Made by a program: the position numbers and the translations under genes
The notes under the pieces: generated by a model
What the model saw: the letters and a program-made list of their open reading frames with translations, nothing else
The model's database searches: none
Told to the model about the DNA's origin: nothing
In this document: one piece after another, positions 39,030-49,585 of the stretch
Position numbering within the stretch: the stretch's first letter is position 1
Layout of the letters: each line of letters opens with the position of its first letter
NCBI GenBank assembly: GCA_903889245.1
Contig: CAISWQ010000047.1
Coordinates: forward strand, 51,546-115,545
Source of the DNA: an uncultured Lentisphaerota bacterium
GTDB taxonomy: Bacteria; Verrucomicrobiota; Kiritimatiellia; CAIQIC01
Direction: 5' to 3'
Length of the DNA stretch: 64,000 bases

Positions 39030-41594
39030 TCATGGTGTAGTTGCGGTGGATTCAAGTTCGATGTCCTGCTTGTTCCGCTGGTGCGGGTCGAGGGCGAGGG
39101 TGGCGGTCTGGTCGGCGCGGGCCCAGCCGGAGAGGTGGACGACGATTTTCTTGCACGAGGCGTCGGTGAGCGGCTCGATGTTCAGCTTGGCGGTCTGGCC
39201 AGCGGGCGCGATGCGCAGCTCGAGCGTGAGCTTGCCGAACGGTGTGCAGATGCCGTTCAGGCGGGTGGTCAGGCCGGGCTTGGCCCACGCGGCGGGCAGG
39301 CCCTCGAAGAGGTGGAGTTCGTCACCGCGGTCGAGCGCGAGCAGGTGGGTGACGAGCCGGATAAACTCGGCGCTGGCCCAGTTGTGGGGCATATCGCCGA
39401 CCTTCCTGAACTTCTCGCCGCGCAGCGACTGCTCCTCGCGCCAGTCGAGCACGGGCGCGGCGTGGTTGGCGTAGGCGTAGAGGCACTGCGCGGCCTTGCG
39501 GCCGTCGCCCTGCCAGAGCCAGGCGTGGGCGTAGAACGAGGCGAAGTAGGTCCAGATGCCCGTCGCGTCCCAGCCAGTGCCATAGACCATGCCTTCGCGC
39601 TCGGTCGCCGCGAGCATGGCGAGCGTGTTGGCGACAAGGGGATCGTCCTTGGCGAAGAGCTGGCCGGGATAGACCGCGTGGCAGAAGGTCCACTGCGCGC
39701 GCTGGGGCAGCTCGTGGCCGGCGTTGGCCATGAAGATCGGGACATAGGCGCTGCTATGGTCGTCCTTGCAGAGGTCGCGCGTGGCCGCCTTGCGGAAGGT
39801 GGCCGCGAAGTCGTCATATTCCTTTTGCCAGGCGGCGGCCTCGTTGGTCTTGCCGAGCCAGCGCGCGGCCTGGACGAAGGCGCGCAGGCCGAGCAGGTTC
39901 CAGTGGGCGTTCGAGAACTCCGGCTGCTGGAAGCCGGTGCGCGCGCCGGAGAGGCCGCCATCGATTTCGCCGGGCGGGTTCAGGCCGTCATCGAACGGCG
40001 TCGCGTTTTCGCGGCTGCGCTGGCGCAGGGTCTTGATGTAGCCGGCGGCGGCCTCCAGCTTGGGCCAGACGCTCTCCAGCCACGCCTTGTCCTGCGTGAG
40101 CTGCGCGTGGCGGGCGCAGGTCCAGAGGACGATGCCGTTCTCCTTGTAGAAGTTCTTCATCACCTCGATGCGGCCGTCTTCCTTCTGGTTCGTCAGCTCG
40201 TAGGCGACGCCGTTGCGCGCCTGGTCGCCCGCGCCGAGGATGGTCGCGGCCTCGAGCAGGAAGGCGCCATCCACAATCCACAGGCCGCGGTAGCACGTCG
40301 GGCCCACTTGGAACGCGGTCAGGCCCTTCTTGATTTCGCGCGCCTGCCAGATGTTGCGGATGGCGGAATCCACCAGCGCCTGGATGCCGGCGTCGGGGAC
40401 TTCGATGCGGCCGTAGGGCAGCGGGGCGTTCTCCCAATATTTGATCGCGCGCTCCCGCGCGGCGGCCGGCGGCTCCAGCGGCGGCTCGAAGACCAGCATG
40501 CCGCCCGCGTGATAGGTGACGAAGAAATCCACCGTGGCGCCGGGTGCCACCACCAGCGACGCGAGGCGGACGGCGTCCCGCTTCGACGTTAGCTCGTCCG
40601 CCTCCATCTTCAGCGAGGCGGTGACTGCCTCGTGCTCGTTCACAATCACGCGCTGGCCATCGCGACGGACGCCGAGGGTCGAGCCCACCAGCAGCCGCGG
40701 CTGGATTGTGCGTGGTTCTTTGCCGGTGTTGGTCACATGAACGAGGAGCATGTCGTTGCGCGCCGGGCCGGAGGCCGCGGCCGAGATCAGGCGCGCGAGC
40801 GCGGCGGAGTTCAGCTTGCCGGCGAGCAGCGCGGCCTCGTCGGCCTTGAAGCCGGCCGGGAAAACATAGAGGCCGTTGAGGATGGTGTGCTTGTCGCTGC
40901 CGCGGTCGGCGGCCTCGATGGTGATCTCGATCTGTCCATCGCCGTTGGTGTCACGGCCATCGAACCAGAACGCCGCCGCCTTGTTCTTGCCGATCTCGGC
41001 GACGAGGTCCACAGTCATTGGCTCCGTGCCCTCGACGCGCAGCACTTGGACGCGCTTGCCCGGCTCGCCCCACCAGCCCTCGCACAGCGCGAGCGCGATG
41101 CGGCGCGCGCCGCCGCTGACCTCGAACTGCAGCGGGCCGTGGTTGTGGAGCGCGATGTCCTTGAGTTCCGGCGCGATACCCTCCGCCGGGTGCGCCCAGT
41201 TACGCTGCATTCCGCCGCCATCGAGCCTCCGCAGGATCACCTCCGGCTGCTTGGGCTGCGGCAGGTCGGTGACGGCGAACGCCTCCTCGACAATCTGCAA
41301 ATCGCCGGCCGTGCGGAATGTGCGGACGATCGGCACGAGTGGCGAGAGCAGTTCCTGCTTCTGCCAGACCGCGTTGCTGGCGACCTCCACCGCGACGCGC
41401 GTGGCAAATTCGCGTCCGCCCATGCCGAAGTGATAGAGCAGCTCGCCGGATTTATCGACGAGCGTCTTCTGCGGGTCGTCCGGGAAGCAGATCGCCGCCT
41501 GCCACTCCGGCGGCGCGTAGCGGAAATCAACCACGTCCTCCGCCGCCAGCGCCGCGCCCAGCAACACCGCAAAACCCGCGATCTGCTTTTTCAT
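39030..41594 (-). CDS. Secreted six-hairpin (alpha/alpha)6 glycosidase-like protein
   Basis: Signal peptide MKKQIAGFAVLLGAALAA; QVGPTCYRGLWIVDG, WREEQ, GDMPHNWASAE. Confidence 0.6.
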   Translation of the reverse strand: MKKQIAGFAVLLGAALAAEDVVDFRYAPPEWQAAICFPDDPQKTLVDKSGELLYHFGMGGREFATRVAVEVASNAVWQKQELLSPLVPIVRTFRTAGDLQIVEEAFAVTDLPQPKQPEVILRRLDGGGMQRNWAHPAEGIAPELKDIALHNHGPLQFEVSGGARRIALALCEGWWGEPGKRVQVLRVEGTEPMTVDLVAEIGKNKAAAFWFDGRDTNGDGQIEITIEAADRGSDKHTILNGLYVFPAGFKADEAALLAGKLNSAALARLISAAASGPARNDMLLVHVTNTGKEPRTIQPRLLVGSTLGVRRDGQRVIVNEHEAVTASLKMEADELTSKRDAVRLASLVVAPGATVDFFVTYHAGGMLVFEPPLEPPAAARERAIKYWENAPLPYGRIEVPDAGIQALVDSAIRNIWQAREIKKGLTAFQVGPTCYRGLWIVDGAFLLEAATILGAGDQARNGVAYELTNQKEDGRIEVMKNFYKENGIVLWTCARHAQLTQDKAWLESVWPKLEAAAGYIKTLRQRSRENATPFDDGLNPPGEIDGGLSGARTGFQQPEFSNAHWNLLGLRAFVQAARWLGKTNEAAAWQKEYDDFAATFRKAATRDLCKDDHSSAYVPIFMANAGHELPQRAQWTFCHAVYPGQLFAKDDPLVANTLAMLAATEREGMVYGTGWDATGIWTYFASFYAHAWLWQGDGRKAAQCLYAYANHAAPVLDWREEQSLRGEKFRKVGDMPHNWASAEFIRLVTHLLALDRGDELHLFEGLPAAWAKPGLTTRLNGICTPFGKLTLELRIAPAGQTAKLNIEPLTDASCKKIVVHLSGWARADQTATLALDPHQRNKQDIELESTATTP

Positions 41595-41607
41595 TTTTGT
41601 CCTCCGG

Positions 41608-41692
41608 TTTTTCCAAGGCTTGGAAATTATTTCCACATTTTTCCCAAGGCTTGGAAAAACATGAGGTTGCCGTTTTCAATCCTTGGAAAAAA
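41608..41692. repeat. Three palindrome copies upstream of the glycosidase
   Basis: Right half-sites at 41620, 41651 and 41683. Confidence 0.85.
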
Positions 41693-41798
41693 TTCTGTTT
41701 CAGATTTTGAATGAGGAAATCAGGAAGGCAGGAAAGGAATTTCTCCTGTTTTCTTCATTTCCCGTCCTGCCATCGGTGTAATCTGTGAAATCTGTGGA

Positions 41799-43202
41799 TT
41801 ACTTCTCGCGGTGCCAACTGCGCTCGATCTCCTCGAGCGTCCGGCCCTTGGTCTCCGGCACGAACCGCCACATGACGAAGAGCAGCACGACGCAGAAGGC
41901 GGCGTAGACGTAGAACGGGAAGGCGTGGTTGAAGTGCGTGACGAACCACGAGCCCGCCGCGTTCATCATCGGGAAGGTCTGCGTCACCACATAGTCGGCC
42001 AGCCAGAGGCAGAAGGTCGCCAGGCCGAGCGCGCGGCCGCGAACCGCCGTCGGGAAAATCTCGGAGAGGATCACCCAGATCACCGGGCCGACGGAGAGGC
42101 CGAAGCAGGCGATGTAGAGCAGGATGAAGCCGAGCATCAGCTTCGAGGCCGCCGCCGGGTCGGTCAGGGTCTGCGCCATCACGCCCATCGCGACGAGGCC
42201 GATGCCCATACCCAGCGTGCCGATGAGCATCAGCGGTTTGCGGCCCCACTTATCCACCGTGGCGATGGCGATCAGCGTGAACAGCATCCCCGCGCCGTTG
42301 ATGATGATCTGCTGGAGCAGCCCGGCATCCACGCCGGTGGACTGGCTCATGGTCTTGAAGATCGTCGCGCCGAAGTACATGAAGGCATTGATGCCGGTGA
42401 CCTGCTGGAGCACGGCGAGCGCGCAGCCGAGCAGCAGCGGGCGCAGGAGCGCGGGCGAGAACAGCTCGGCCCACGTGCCCTTCTCGCCGGCGAGCGCGTC
42501 GCGGATCGCCACCAACTCCGTCGCGGCAAAGCCGGCGCCGCCGACTTTGGTCAAAATGCGGCGCGCCTCATCCTCGCGTTTCCGCTCCACGAGCCAGCGT
42601 GGACTCTCTGGAATCAGGAACAGCAGCAGGCCGAAGACGAGGGCGGGCGCGATGCCGGCGGCGAACATCCAGCGCCAGCCGGTGGCGATATTCCACGCCT
42701 GGTCACCCTGGCCGGCGATGTAATAATTGACGAAGGCCGTCACCGCGATGCCGCCGGCAATCGCGATCTGGTTGACCGCGACCATGCGGCCGCGAATCCG
42801 CGCCGGGGTGATCTCGGCGATGTACATCGGCGTCGAAATCGAGGCGATGCCGATGCCGAAGCCGCCTAGGATGCGAAAGAGGATGAAGCTGGTGATGTCG
42901 TTCGGGAGCGCCGTGCCGATGGCGGAAACTAGGAACATCGCCGCCGCAAGGAACATCGCCAGCTTGCGGCCGTAGCGGTCGGAGAGCGGGCCAACCGCGA
43001 GCACGCCGACGGCGCAGCCGAGCAGGACGCAACTGGAGGCCCAGCCTTTCATCACCTCGCTCAACGCGAAGCGCGCGGTCAGCGCCTCGATCGCGCCGGA
43101 GATGACGCCGGTGTCGTAGCCGAACAACAGGCCGCCGAGCGTGGCGACGATGCAGACGAGGACGACGTAGCTGGACGCGCCGGATTGGTTTTCCGTGTTC
43201 AT
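41799..43202 (-). CDS. Sugar porter family MFS transporter (XylE/GalP-like)
   Basis: GGLLFGYDTGVISGA, SDRYGRK, PESPRWL, QQVTGINAF, VPETKGRTLEEI. Confidence 0.93.
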   Translation of the reverse strand: MNTENQSGASSYVVLVCIVATLGGLLFGYDTGVISGAIEALTARFALSEVMKGWASSCVLLGCAVGVLAVGPLSDRYGRKLAMFLAAAMFLVSAIGTALPNDITSFILFRILGGFGIGIASISTPMYIAEITPARIRGRMVAVNQIAIAGGIAVTAFVNYYIAGQGDQAWNIATGWRWMFAAGIAPALVFGLLLFLIPESPRWLVERKREDEARRILTKVGGAGFAATELVAIRDALAGEKGTWAELFSPALLRPLLLGCALAVLQQVTGINAFMYFGATIFKTMSQSTGVDAGLLQQIIINGAGMLFTLIAIATVDKWGRKPLMLIGTLGMGIGLVAMGVMAQTLTDPAAASKLMLGFILLYIACFGLSVGPVIWVILSEIFPTAVRGRALGLATFCLWLADYVVTQTFPMMNAAGSWFVTHFNHAFPFYVYAAFCVVLLFVMWRFVPETKGRTLEEIERSWHREK

Positions 43203-45136
43203 GGTTGGGTGCTCCCTTGCTGTTTTTTCGCCGCCGGTTTTTTCTTTTTGCCGCCGCCTTGGGCCTTCTGCTGGAAGATCGTGTTCTCCGCGCCGGTCAG
43301 GCCGCAGATGGCATTCTGCGTGCCCCAACGGGCAAACATGTTTTTGAGCTTCGGCAGCGCCGCCTGCAGGGCGGGCAGCGCGGGTCGCGCCTTCTCGCCG
43401 AGCATCTGGAGCGTGCGCGCGGCGTGGACCTGCGCGTTCTCGTCATCGCTCGCGAGCGCCGCCGTGAGCTGGTCGAGCGCGGCGCGGTCAGCGAACTGCG
43501 CGGCGAGGATGCCCGCGGCCTCGATGCGGACCGCGAGCGACTCATCGGCGAGCGCCTTTTGCAGCGCGTCCTGCGCCGCAACGGCCGCGTCGTGGCCGCC
43601 CACGCGCAGACCGACCGCCGACCAGTAGCGGACCGGCGGGCGGGACGTCGCCAGGCGCTTGATGAATTCGTCGGTCTGGCCCGGCAGTCCGACCCGCCAC
43701 GCGGTATCGAGCACGCGGTCGAGCGGATAGAGGCTGTCGTTGGCCGCGGCCTCGATGAGCGGCTTGCCGGATTGCCCGCAGAGCTGCGCGGCCTGCCACT
43801 CGTGGAGCATACCGAGGTCGCGCGTCTCGGTCTGCCAGTCGCGCAGCGCCTTGCGCAGGCGTTCGAGGTCCGACTTGTAGGCAGGCTCAGCCGCGACGTT
43901 GTTGAGCTGCCAGGGATCCTTGTCGGTGTCGTACAGCTCCTCGGCCGCCTTGCGCGGCGCGGCGTAGGTGAGCTGCGCGGCGTTCAGCTTGCCGGCGGCG
44001 GCGAGCTGCGTGATCTCGCGGCGCAGCTCGAGCTGGTCGGAGAACGTCTCCGGCTGGTTCCACGAAACGTCGGGCATGAAGTTGCGCGTGTAGCGGAAGC
44101 GCGCGTCGCGGACCGAGCGCGAAACCTCGTTGACCTCGTCCACGCGGTCGCGCGCGCCGAAGAGGTAGTCGCACGGCTTGGCGGCGGCCCCGAGGAACGC
44201 GCGGCCCTGCATGTGCGGCGGGACCGGCAGCCCGAGCACGCTCAACAGCGTCGGGCCCAGGTCCATCAGGCTGACCAGCCGGTCGCACGTGCCGCCCGGC
44301 GCGGCGGGTGCGAGGCTGCGATACTTCTCCGGGAACCAGACGACGAGCGGGATTTTGAGGCCCGTGTCCCAGAGCGTGCGCTTGCCGCGCGGAATACCCT
44401 GCCCGTGGTCGGGCCAGAAGAAGATGAGCGTGTTGTCGCGCAGTCCGGCCTCATCGAGTTCCTTGAGCAGCCGCCCGACGTGCTGGTCCATCGCTGTGAT
44501 GCAGTCGTGGACGCGCGCCAGCGTGCGGTGCGCCGTGGGCGTGTCGGGATAATACGGCGGAACCGGCGCGGCCGCGGGCTCGTGCCGCTCCTCCGGCTTG
44601 AGCTTCGGCGGCGTGCTCTCGAAGGCCATGCTCTGGTGCGTCTCGGTCAGATTGAACACCGCGAAGAACGGCTGCCCCGGCTTGCGATTGCGCCAGTGCG
44701 CCGCGCCGCTGCATGCGTCCCAGGACTCCGCGATGAGGCGCGGCTCGGCGCTGGTGTTGTAGTCGGTCTTGACGTTGTTGCAGCAGTAGTAGCCGGCCTG
44801 CCGCAGATAGGAGGGGAAGCCCTTGATCGAGTCCGGCACGGGGAACTGCGAGCGCAGGCGCTGCGTGCCGTAGCTGGTCGCGTAGCAGCCGGTGATGATC
44901 GCGAAGCGGCTCGGCGCGCAGACCGGCGCGGTGGAGAAAGCGTTGCGGAAATAGACGCCGCCGCGCGCGAGCGCGTCGAGGTTCGGCGTCGTCGCATATT
45001 TCTCGCCGCAGAAGCCGAGCCACGGCGAAGTGTCCTCGATGGAAATCCACAGGATGTTCGGTCGGTCCGCCGCGGCGGCGGCCAATCCGGCGGCGCCCAG
45101 CGCCGCCAGCAACAGAATCAGGCCGGTCTTTTTCAT
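43199..45136 (-). CDS. Secreted sulfatase with C-terminal HEAT repeats
   Basis: PNILWISIED, CAPSR formylglycine motif, DHG, RDRVDE; HEAT-like repeats. Confidence 0.9.
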   Translation of the reverse strand: MKKTGLILLLAALGAAGLAAAAADRPNILWISIEDTSPWLGFCGEKYATTPNLDALARGGVYFRNAFSTAPVCAPSRFAIITGCYATSYGTQRLRSQFPVPDSIKGFPSYLRQAGYYCCNNVKTDYNTSAEPRLIAESWDACSGAAHWRNRKPGQPFFAVFNLTETHQSMAFESTPPKLKPEERHEPAAAPVPPYYPDTPTAHRTLARVHDCITAMDQHVGRLLKELDEAGLRDNTLIFFWPDHGQGIPRGKRTLWDTGLKIPLVVWFPEKYRSLAPAAPGGTCDRLVSLMDLGPTLLSVLGLPVPPHMQGRAFLGAAAKPCDYLFGARDRVDEVNEVSRSVRDARFRYTRNFMPDVSWNQPETFSDQLELRREITQLAAAGKLNAAQLTYAAPRKAAEELYDTDKDPWQLNNVAAEPAYKSDLERLRKALRDWQTETRDLGMLHEWQAAQLCGQSGKPLIEAAANDSLYPLDRVLDTAWRVGLPGQTDEFIKRLATSRPPVRYWSAVGLRVGGHDAAVAAQDALQKALADESLAVRIEAAGILAAQFADRAALDQLTAALASDDENAQVHAARTLQMLGEKARPALPALQAALPKLKNMFARWGTQNAICGLTGAENTIFQQKAQGGGKKKKPAAKKQQGSTQP

Positions 45137-45246
45137 GGTTTGTCCTTCCTGGTGTCCAAGGTTAGGGGAAGTGCTGCCGTGTCGTGCCGCAGCACAGTTG
45201 TGCGGCGGGCGGCTGGCCTGTTGCTGGAGATGCGCCGGTGCATGGT

Positions 45247-45786
45247 TCACGGTAGCTGGCGGCCGCCCAGCTTGCGGTAGCTCTCCAGCGGATACACGGC
45301 GTAGACGTGGCAGCGCAGTTTCGTCCGCGCGTCCTCGCCGACCCGCAGGATGGCGGAGGGCGCGAGGCTACCGGTGGTGCTGTGGAAATAGAAATGCGTC
45401 TTCCAGTCGCGCGGCAGGCGGTAGCCGGGGATGCGGATGACCGTGCCATCCTTGAAGGTCATGGCGATGTCGTAGACGGCGTCGAGGTCCACCTCGAAAT
45501 CCGCCGTGAAAAACACCTGCCCGCCACCCTTGCCGGCCTTGGAAAACGCCGCCGTCTTTTTCTCGCTCGGCGCACCACCGCGCGCGGTCACCTTCACAAC
45601 GGCGTGCTCGGCGACCGCGAGATCCCGGGAATAATTTTCAGGGTCCTCGTTCAGGCGCATTCCGGTCACGACGATGACGGCGTGGTTGCTCTGATAGGCG
45701 GCGTCCTTCGACTTTCCGGCCGCCCCGGCGTGGGGCGCCAGCCAGAGCAGCAGGAGCGCGGCCAGGCAACTGATGAGCGTTTTCAT
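45247..45786 (-). CDS. Secreted hypothetical protein
   Basis: Signal peptide; translationally coupled to both neighbours (overlap at 45783-45786). Confidence 0.6.
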   Translation of the reverse strand: MKTLISCLAALLLLWLAPHAGAAGKSKDAAYQSNHAVIVVTGMRLNEDPENYSRDLAVAEHAVVKVTARGGAPSEKKTAAFSKAGKGGGQVFFTADFEVDLDAVYDIAMTFKDGTVIRIPGYRLPRDWKTHFYFHSTTGSLAPSAILRVGEDARTKLRCHVYAVYPLESYRKLGGRQLP

Positions 45787-47366
45787 TCGAACACGATCTC
45801 CTTCCCGCTGGTCACGCCCGGCTGGAGGTCGAAATAGTCGCCGGAGTTCCGGGCCGTGACCTTCTGCCCGTTCACCACCAGGTTCCGGAACACCACTTTC
45901 CCGGCGCGCACGCCGCCGGCGCCCTGCCCACCGAACAGCGACTTGCGCGCGATGTGCGGCGTGTTCACCGTGATGTTCTCGAAGAGGACGTTCTCATAGA
46001 CCGGCCCGCCGCCTTCCGCACCGACCGGCATCAGGAACAGCAGGGGCACGAATGGCGCCTCGACCGTAATGTTCCTGAACACGGAATTCTTGACGGTGCC
46101 GCGGGAAATATTGACCGTCTGCCGCGCCGGCCATGCGTTGAAGGCGATGACGCGCAGCCCATCCACGACGCAGCCGTCCGGGTTGCGGATCCACAGCGGC
46201 TCGGCGTTGGCGAGCTGCCAGATGGTGTAGTCGCGCACGCGGGCGGGGCCGCCCACCTTGAGGTTCGTATCGGCCGCCATGACGAAGCAGTCGTCAAGGT
46301 GCCAGCCCCGATAGGGCTCCGCCGCCGGGATCTCGCGCGTGAAGCCATCCGTGTTGCCGTGCCACGCGCCGACCACGGCCACATCGCGCACGGGCGCGGT
46401 GGAATGGCTGATGTGGTTGTTGGCGTCGGTGATCTGGATGCCGTCCAGCCGTACGCCTTTCTCCAGTGTCGTGAAATACGGCACGTCCGTCCAGCGCTGC
46501 TTCGCGCCCGACATGGTCCCGCGTCCGCGCAGCAGGGCCATGTTGCCGATGGCGGGATGACGCTGGTCCGCGCCGAAGACGCCATAGACGTAGGCGCCGC
46601 CCGCCAGATAGGCGGTCTGCCCGGCGTGCAGCGTGATGTAGTGGTTCGGATCGGCCGCGTTGAACTGCGAATAGTCGTGGAGACCCGGCTCGAAGTAGAT
46701 GACTTTCGCCCCGGCCAATTCCTCGACGCTGCCGGCGCGCCCGGGCTTGAGGACCAGCGTGCCCGGCGCGTTCTTGCCGGGGACCTCGGTCTCGGGCGCC
46801 CGCGCAAAAAGGAAGAGCGGATTGCGGTAGCCCTCGAACGCCTGCTTGGATTCGGCGGCGTTGAGCTGCTCCAGCGCCTGGACCGGATTGGCCACGACTG
46901 CGACCTTCACCGGCTTGGTCAACTGAAAGTGGATGGTGTTCCCGCTGGTGACCTGGCCCTTGATCCCGAGCGTGGACGGGAAAATTCCGCAGCTTTTCAA
47001 CGGCAAGGTCAGGCCATCCAGCGGCCGCTTGATCCGCACCTCGACCTCGACGGGGCCGCCCGCAAAATCAAAACTCGTCCACGAATGGGCGTAGGTGTCC
47101 TTGTTCTCCGCGGGCCGCTTAAATTCGTTCGAGTGCAGGGCGAGGAAAGAGAGCTTGATGTATTTCCCCTCCGCGTCGAGCAGCTTGTCCACCGCCCGGG
47201 CGTAGGAATAGTAGGTGAACGGCTGCCACGACTGGCTGCCGCTGCGCACCGTCACCTCGTAATCGGGCGAGGCCGGGACCTCGCCGCCCGGTCCCGGCCA
47301 CACGGTCACCTGGACCGCGGCGGCGGGCAGCACCGCCAGCAGCAGGAGCGTGCTGATCTGTTTCAT
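45783..47366 (-). CDS. Secreted right-handed beta-helix glycoside hydrolase (GH28/GH49-like)
   Basis: VIYFEPGLH, YLAGGAYVYG, LRGRGTMSG, WHGNTDG; true start MKQISTLL at 47366. Confidence 0.6.
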   Translation of the reverse strand: MKQISTLLLLAVLPAAAVQVTVWPGPGGEVPASPDYEVTVRSGSQSWQPFTYYSYARAVDKLLDAEGKYIKLSFLALHSNEFKRPAENKDTYAHSWTSFDFAGGPVEVEVRIKRPLDGLTLPLKSCGIFPSTLGIKGQVTSGNTIHFQLTKPVKVAVVANPVQALEQLNAAESKQAFEGYRNPLFLFARAPETEVPGKNAPGTLVLKPGRAGSVEELAGAKVIYFEPGLHDYSQFNAADPNHYITLHAGQTAYLAGGAYVYGVFGADQRHPAIGNMALLRGRGTMSGAKQRWTDVPYFTTLEKGVRLDGIQITDANNHISHSTAPVRDVAVVGAWHGNTDGFTREIPAAEPYRGWHLDDCFVMAADTNLKVGGPARVRDYTIWQLANAEPLWIRNPDGCVVDGLRVIAFNAWPARQTVNISRGTVKNSVFRNITVEAPFVPLLFLMPVGAEGGGPVYENVLFENITVNTPHIARKSLFGGQGAGGVRAGKVVFRNLVVNGQKVTARNSGDYFDLQPGVTSGKEIVFE

Positions 47367-47412
47367 GTGTTGCTTCCCTTCATTGCTCCAACCTGCGCAT
47401 TGGACACTTTGC

Positions 47413-47492
47413 TTTTGGGGGCGGGAGCTCCAGCTCCCGCGAAAGAAAACCAACGCCAACGGACGCGGGAGCTGGAGCTCCCGCCCACAAAA
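47413..47492. repeat. Inverted REP doublet (REPIN-like), GTGG-type
   Basis: TTTTGGGGGCGGGAGCTCCAGCTCCCGC ... GCGGGAGCTGGAGCTCCCGCCCACAAAA. Confidence 0.75.
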
Positions 47493-47510
47493 CCAGCGGA
47501 GTGCGCGTGG

Positions 47511-47621
47511 TTTCCATGGATTGGAATGCCATGCCCCCGGATTTTCCAAGCCTTGGAAAAAATCAGCCGCCGTTTTCCGGGGCTTGGAAAAATTCCTGCG
47601 TCATTTTCCAAGGCTTGGAAA
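47511..47621. repeat. Array of 4 palindrome copies
   Basis: Right half-sites at 47521, 47553, 47584 and 47615. Confidence 0.9.
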
Positions 47622-47628
47622 CGTGGGC

Positions 47629-49500
47629 TCATTCGTTGCCCGCCTCCCGGCGGCCGGACTCAATCCAGGCCGGCAGATAGCCGACCATGCGGCCGACGTA
47701 GCCGGCGACCGGGCCGCCTTTTTTCATCGCAGCGCCGCGGATCGCCGGCAGCGCGGGCTTCGCGCGCGCGCCGAAGCGGTCGAGCACGTTCAGCGCGGCC
47801 AGCCGCACAAATTCACTCTCGTCCTTCAGGGCCGCGGTCAGCACCGCCAGCGCCGCGGCGTCGTCGCCCAAGTTACCGATGGCCTCGGCGGCGGCGATGC
47901 GGACCTCCGGCGAGGGATCGGCCAGCGCCTTGCGCAGCGCGGGCTCCGCCGGCTTCGCCTCGGCGCCGAGCGCGACAAGGCCGAGCGCGCCCCACCAGCG
48001 CAGGGCGGGGTCCTCATGCCCCAGTAATTTTTCCAGCGCCGGAAGGTTGGCGGTCTGCCGCGCATTGGCGAGGTCGGCGGCGGCGAGCAAGTTGTCGAGC
48101 GGGTTCAGCCGCGCGTCGGTGGCAATGGCCCACGGCGTGCGGCCAGCGGCGCGCAGCACCATCTCGCGTTCGGGCAGCAGGCCAAGGTCGCCGGTCGCCC
48201 GCATCCAGCGCAAGCATTCGGCGCGCAGCCGCTCCAGCGTCGCGCGGTGCTGCGGGTCGGCGGCGAGATTCTTCACCTGATCCGGATCGGCCTCGTTGTC
48301 ATAAAGCTCCTCGACCGGTTTGCCGGGTTCGAAGTAGCGCGCGGCGGGGCCGGTGAGCTTGCCGGCGGCGGCCAGCGCGCGCCACGCCTGCATCGTCGGC
48401 ATGGCCTCGGTGTAGCTGACGAACTGTGACCACGGCAGGTGCGGCAGGAAGTTGCGGTGATACTGGTAGCGCCGGTCGCGCACGACGCGGACGCAGTCGG
48501 CCCGCTCGGCCATGCGGTCGCGGATGCCGTGGATGTAGAGGCGCTGGACGGTGCCGGGGCCAAGAAAGGGCACGCCCTGCAGGTGCGGCGGCGGCTTGAC
48601 GCCGCAGAGGGCGAGCACCGTCGGCGCGAAGTCCACGAAGCTGACCAGTTGGTCGGTGACCGCGGCGTTGGGCACGGGCGCGAGGTGCTGCCATTTTTTC
48701 GGGAAGTGGATCAGCAGCGGCACGTGCAAGCCGCCCTCCCAGATCCATTTCTTCATCCCCGGCAGCCCGGTGCCATTATCGCCGAAGAAAAAGACGATGG
48801 TGTCCTCGGCGAGGCCGGCGGCCTCCAGTTCCTTGAGCTTGTCGCCGATCTGGTAGTCCATCGCGGTGATGTTGTCGTAGTAGCGCGCCCAGTCGCGCCG
48901 CACCTCGGGCGTGTCGGGATGGAACGGCGGCACGGGTGCGCGCGCGGGATCGTGGCGCTGCGCGGCCGTGAGCCGGGCGGTGTTCTGCTGGTAGCGTTTT
49001 TCCGGCACGCGAATCTGGCCCTCGTGGCAGACCTCGTGGTTGAAGACGGCGAAGAACGGCTGGCCGGGCTGGCGTTTCTTATAGTGGGCCTTGTTGCTGC
49101 ACTCGTCCCACGCGGTCTTGGGTACGGCGAAGTTGTAGTCGGTCTTGGCGTTGTTGGAGCAATAGTAGCCCGCCGCGCGCAGGTATTCGCTGAAGCACTG
49201 CACCTGCTCCGGTAGCGTCGTGGCCGAGCGCATCCCGTGGCTGCCGAGCCGCGACGGAAACACGCCGGTGATGAGGCACGAACGGTTCGGCGCGCAGACG
49301 CCGGTGATGCCGAACGCCTGCGTGTAGCGCACCGCCTGCTGCGCGAACCGGTCGAGGTTGGGCGTGATGGCGTACTGGTCGCCGTAGCAGCCGAGGTGCG
49401 GGCAGATGTCCTCCGCCGTGAGCCACAGGATGTTCGGGCGCTCCGCCGCGTGGAGGGTCGCGGCGGCGAGCGCGGTGGCCAACAACAGCTCACGCTTCAT
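47629..49500 (-). CDS. Secreted sulfatase with C-terminal HEAT repeats (paralog of 43199-45136)
   Basis: PNILWLTAED, CAPNR motif, GDNG, RDRMAE; HEAT repeats. Confidence 0.9.
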   Translation of the reverse strand: MKRELLLATALAAATLHAAERPNILWLTAEDICPHLGCYGDQYAITPNLDRFAQQAVRYTQAFGITGVCAPNRSCLITGVFPSRLGSHGMRSATTLPEQVQCFSEYLRAAGYYCSNNAKTDYNFAVPKTAWDECSNKAHYKKRQPGQPFFAVFNHEVCHEGQIRVPEKRYQQNTARLTAAQRHDPARAPVPPFHPDTPEVRRDWARYYDNITAMDYQIGDKLKELEAAGLAEDTIVFFFGDNGTGLPGMKKWIWEGGLHVPLLIHFPKKWQHLAPVPNAAVTDQLVSFVDFAPTVLALCGVKPPPHLQGVPFLGPGTVQRLYIHGIRDRMAERADCVRVVRDRRYQYHRNFLPHLPWSQFVSYTEAMPTMQAWRALAAAGKLTGPAARYFEPGKPVEELYDNEADPDQVKNLAADPQHRATLERLRAECLRWMRATGDLGLLPEREMVLRAAGRTPWAIATDARLNPLDNLLAAADLANARQTANLPALEKLLGHEDPALRWWGALGLVALGAEAKPAEPALRKALADPSPEVRIAAAEAIGNLGDDAAALAVLTAALKDESEFVRLAALNVLDRFGARAKPALPAIRGAAMKKGGPVAGYVGRMVGYLPAWIESGRREAGNE

Positions 49501-49585
49501 GTGTGTTCATCCTTTCTATGCGACCACATCGCATATTTTGCAGGGACGCTTACGACCCGGCCGTGGTGATGGGCAGGTTGCCGTT

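Noticed and set aside
47367-47549. N-terminal extensions in the ORF track (45783-47549, 39030-41636, 41799-43328, 43199-45250, 50550-53393, 53896-56325, 62470-63792)
   Set aside because: Downstream starts give proper signal peptides or family N-termini; the extensions run through repeats, riboswitches or neighbouring genes.
47511-47621. TIGR-type guide array
   Set aside because: No alternating edge/loop repeats or box C/D-like motifs are visible, and no Nop-domain gene is nearby.
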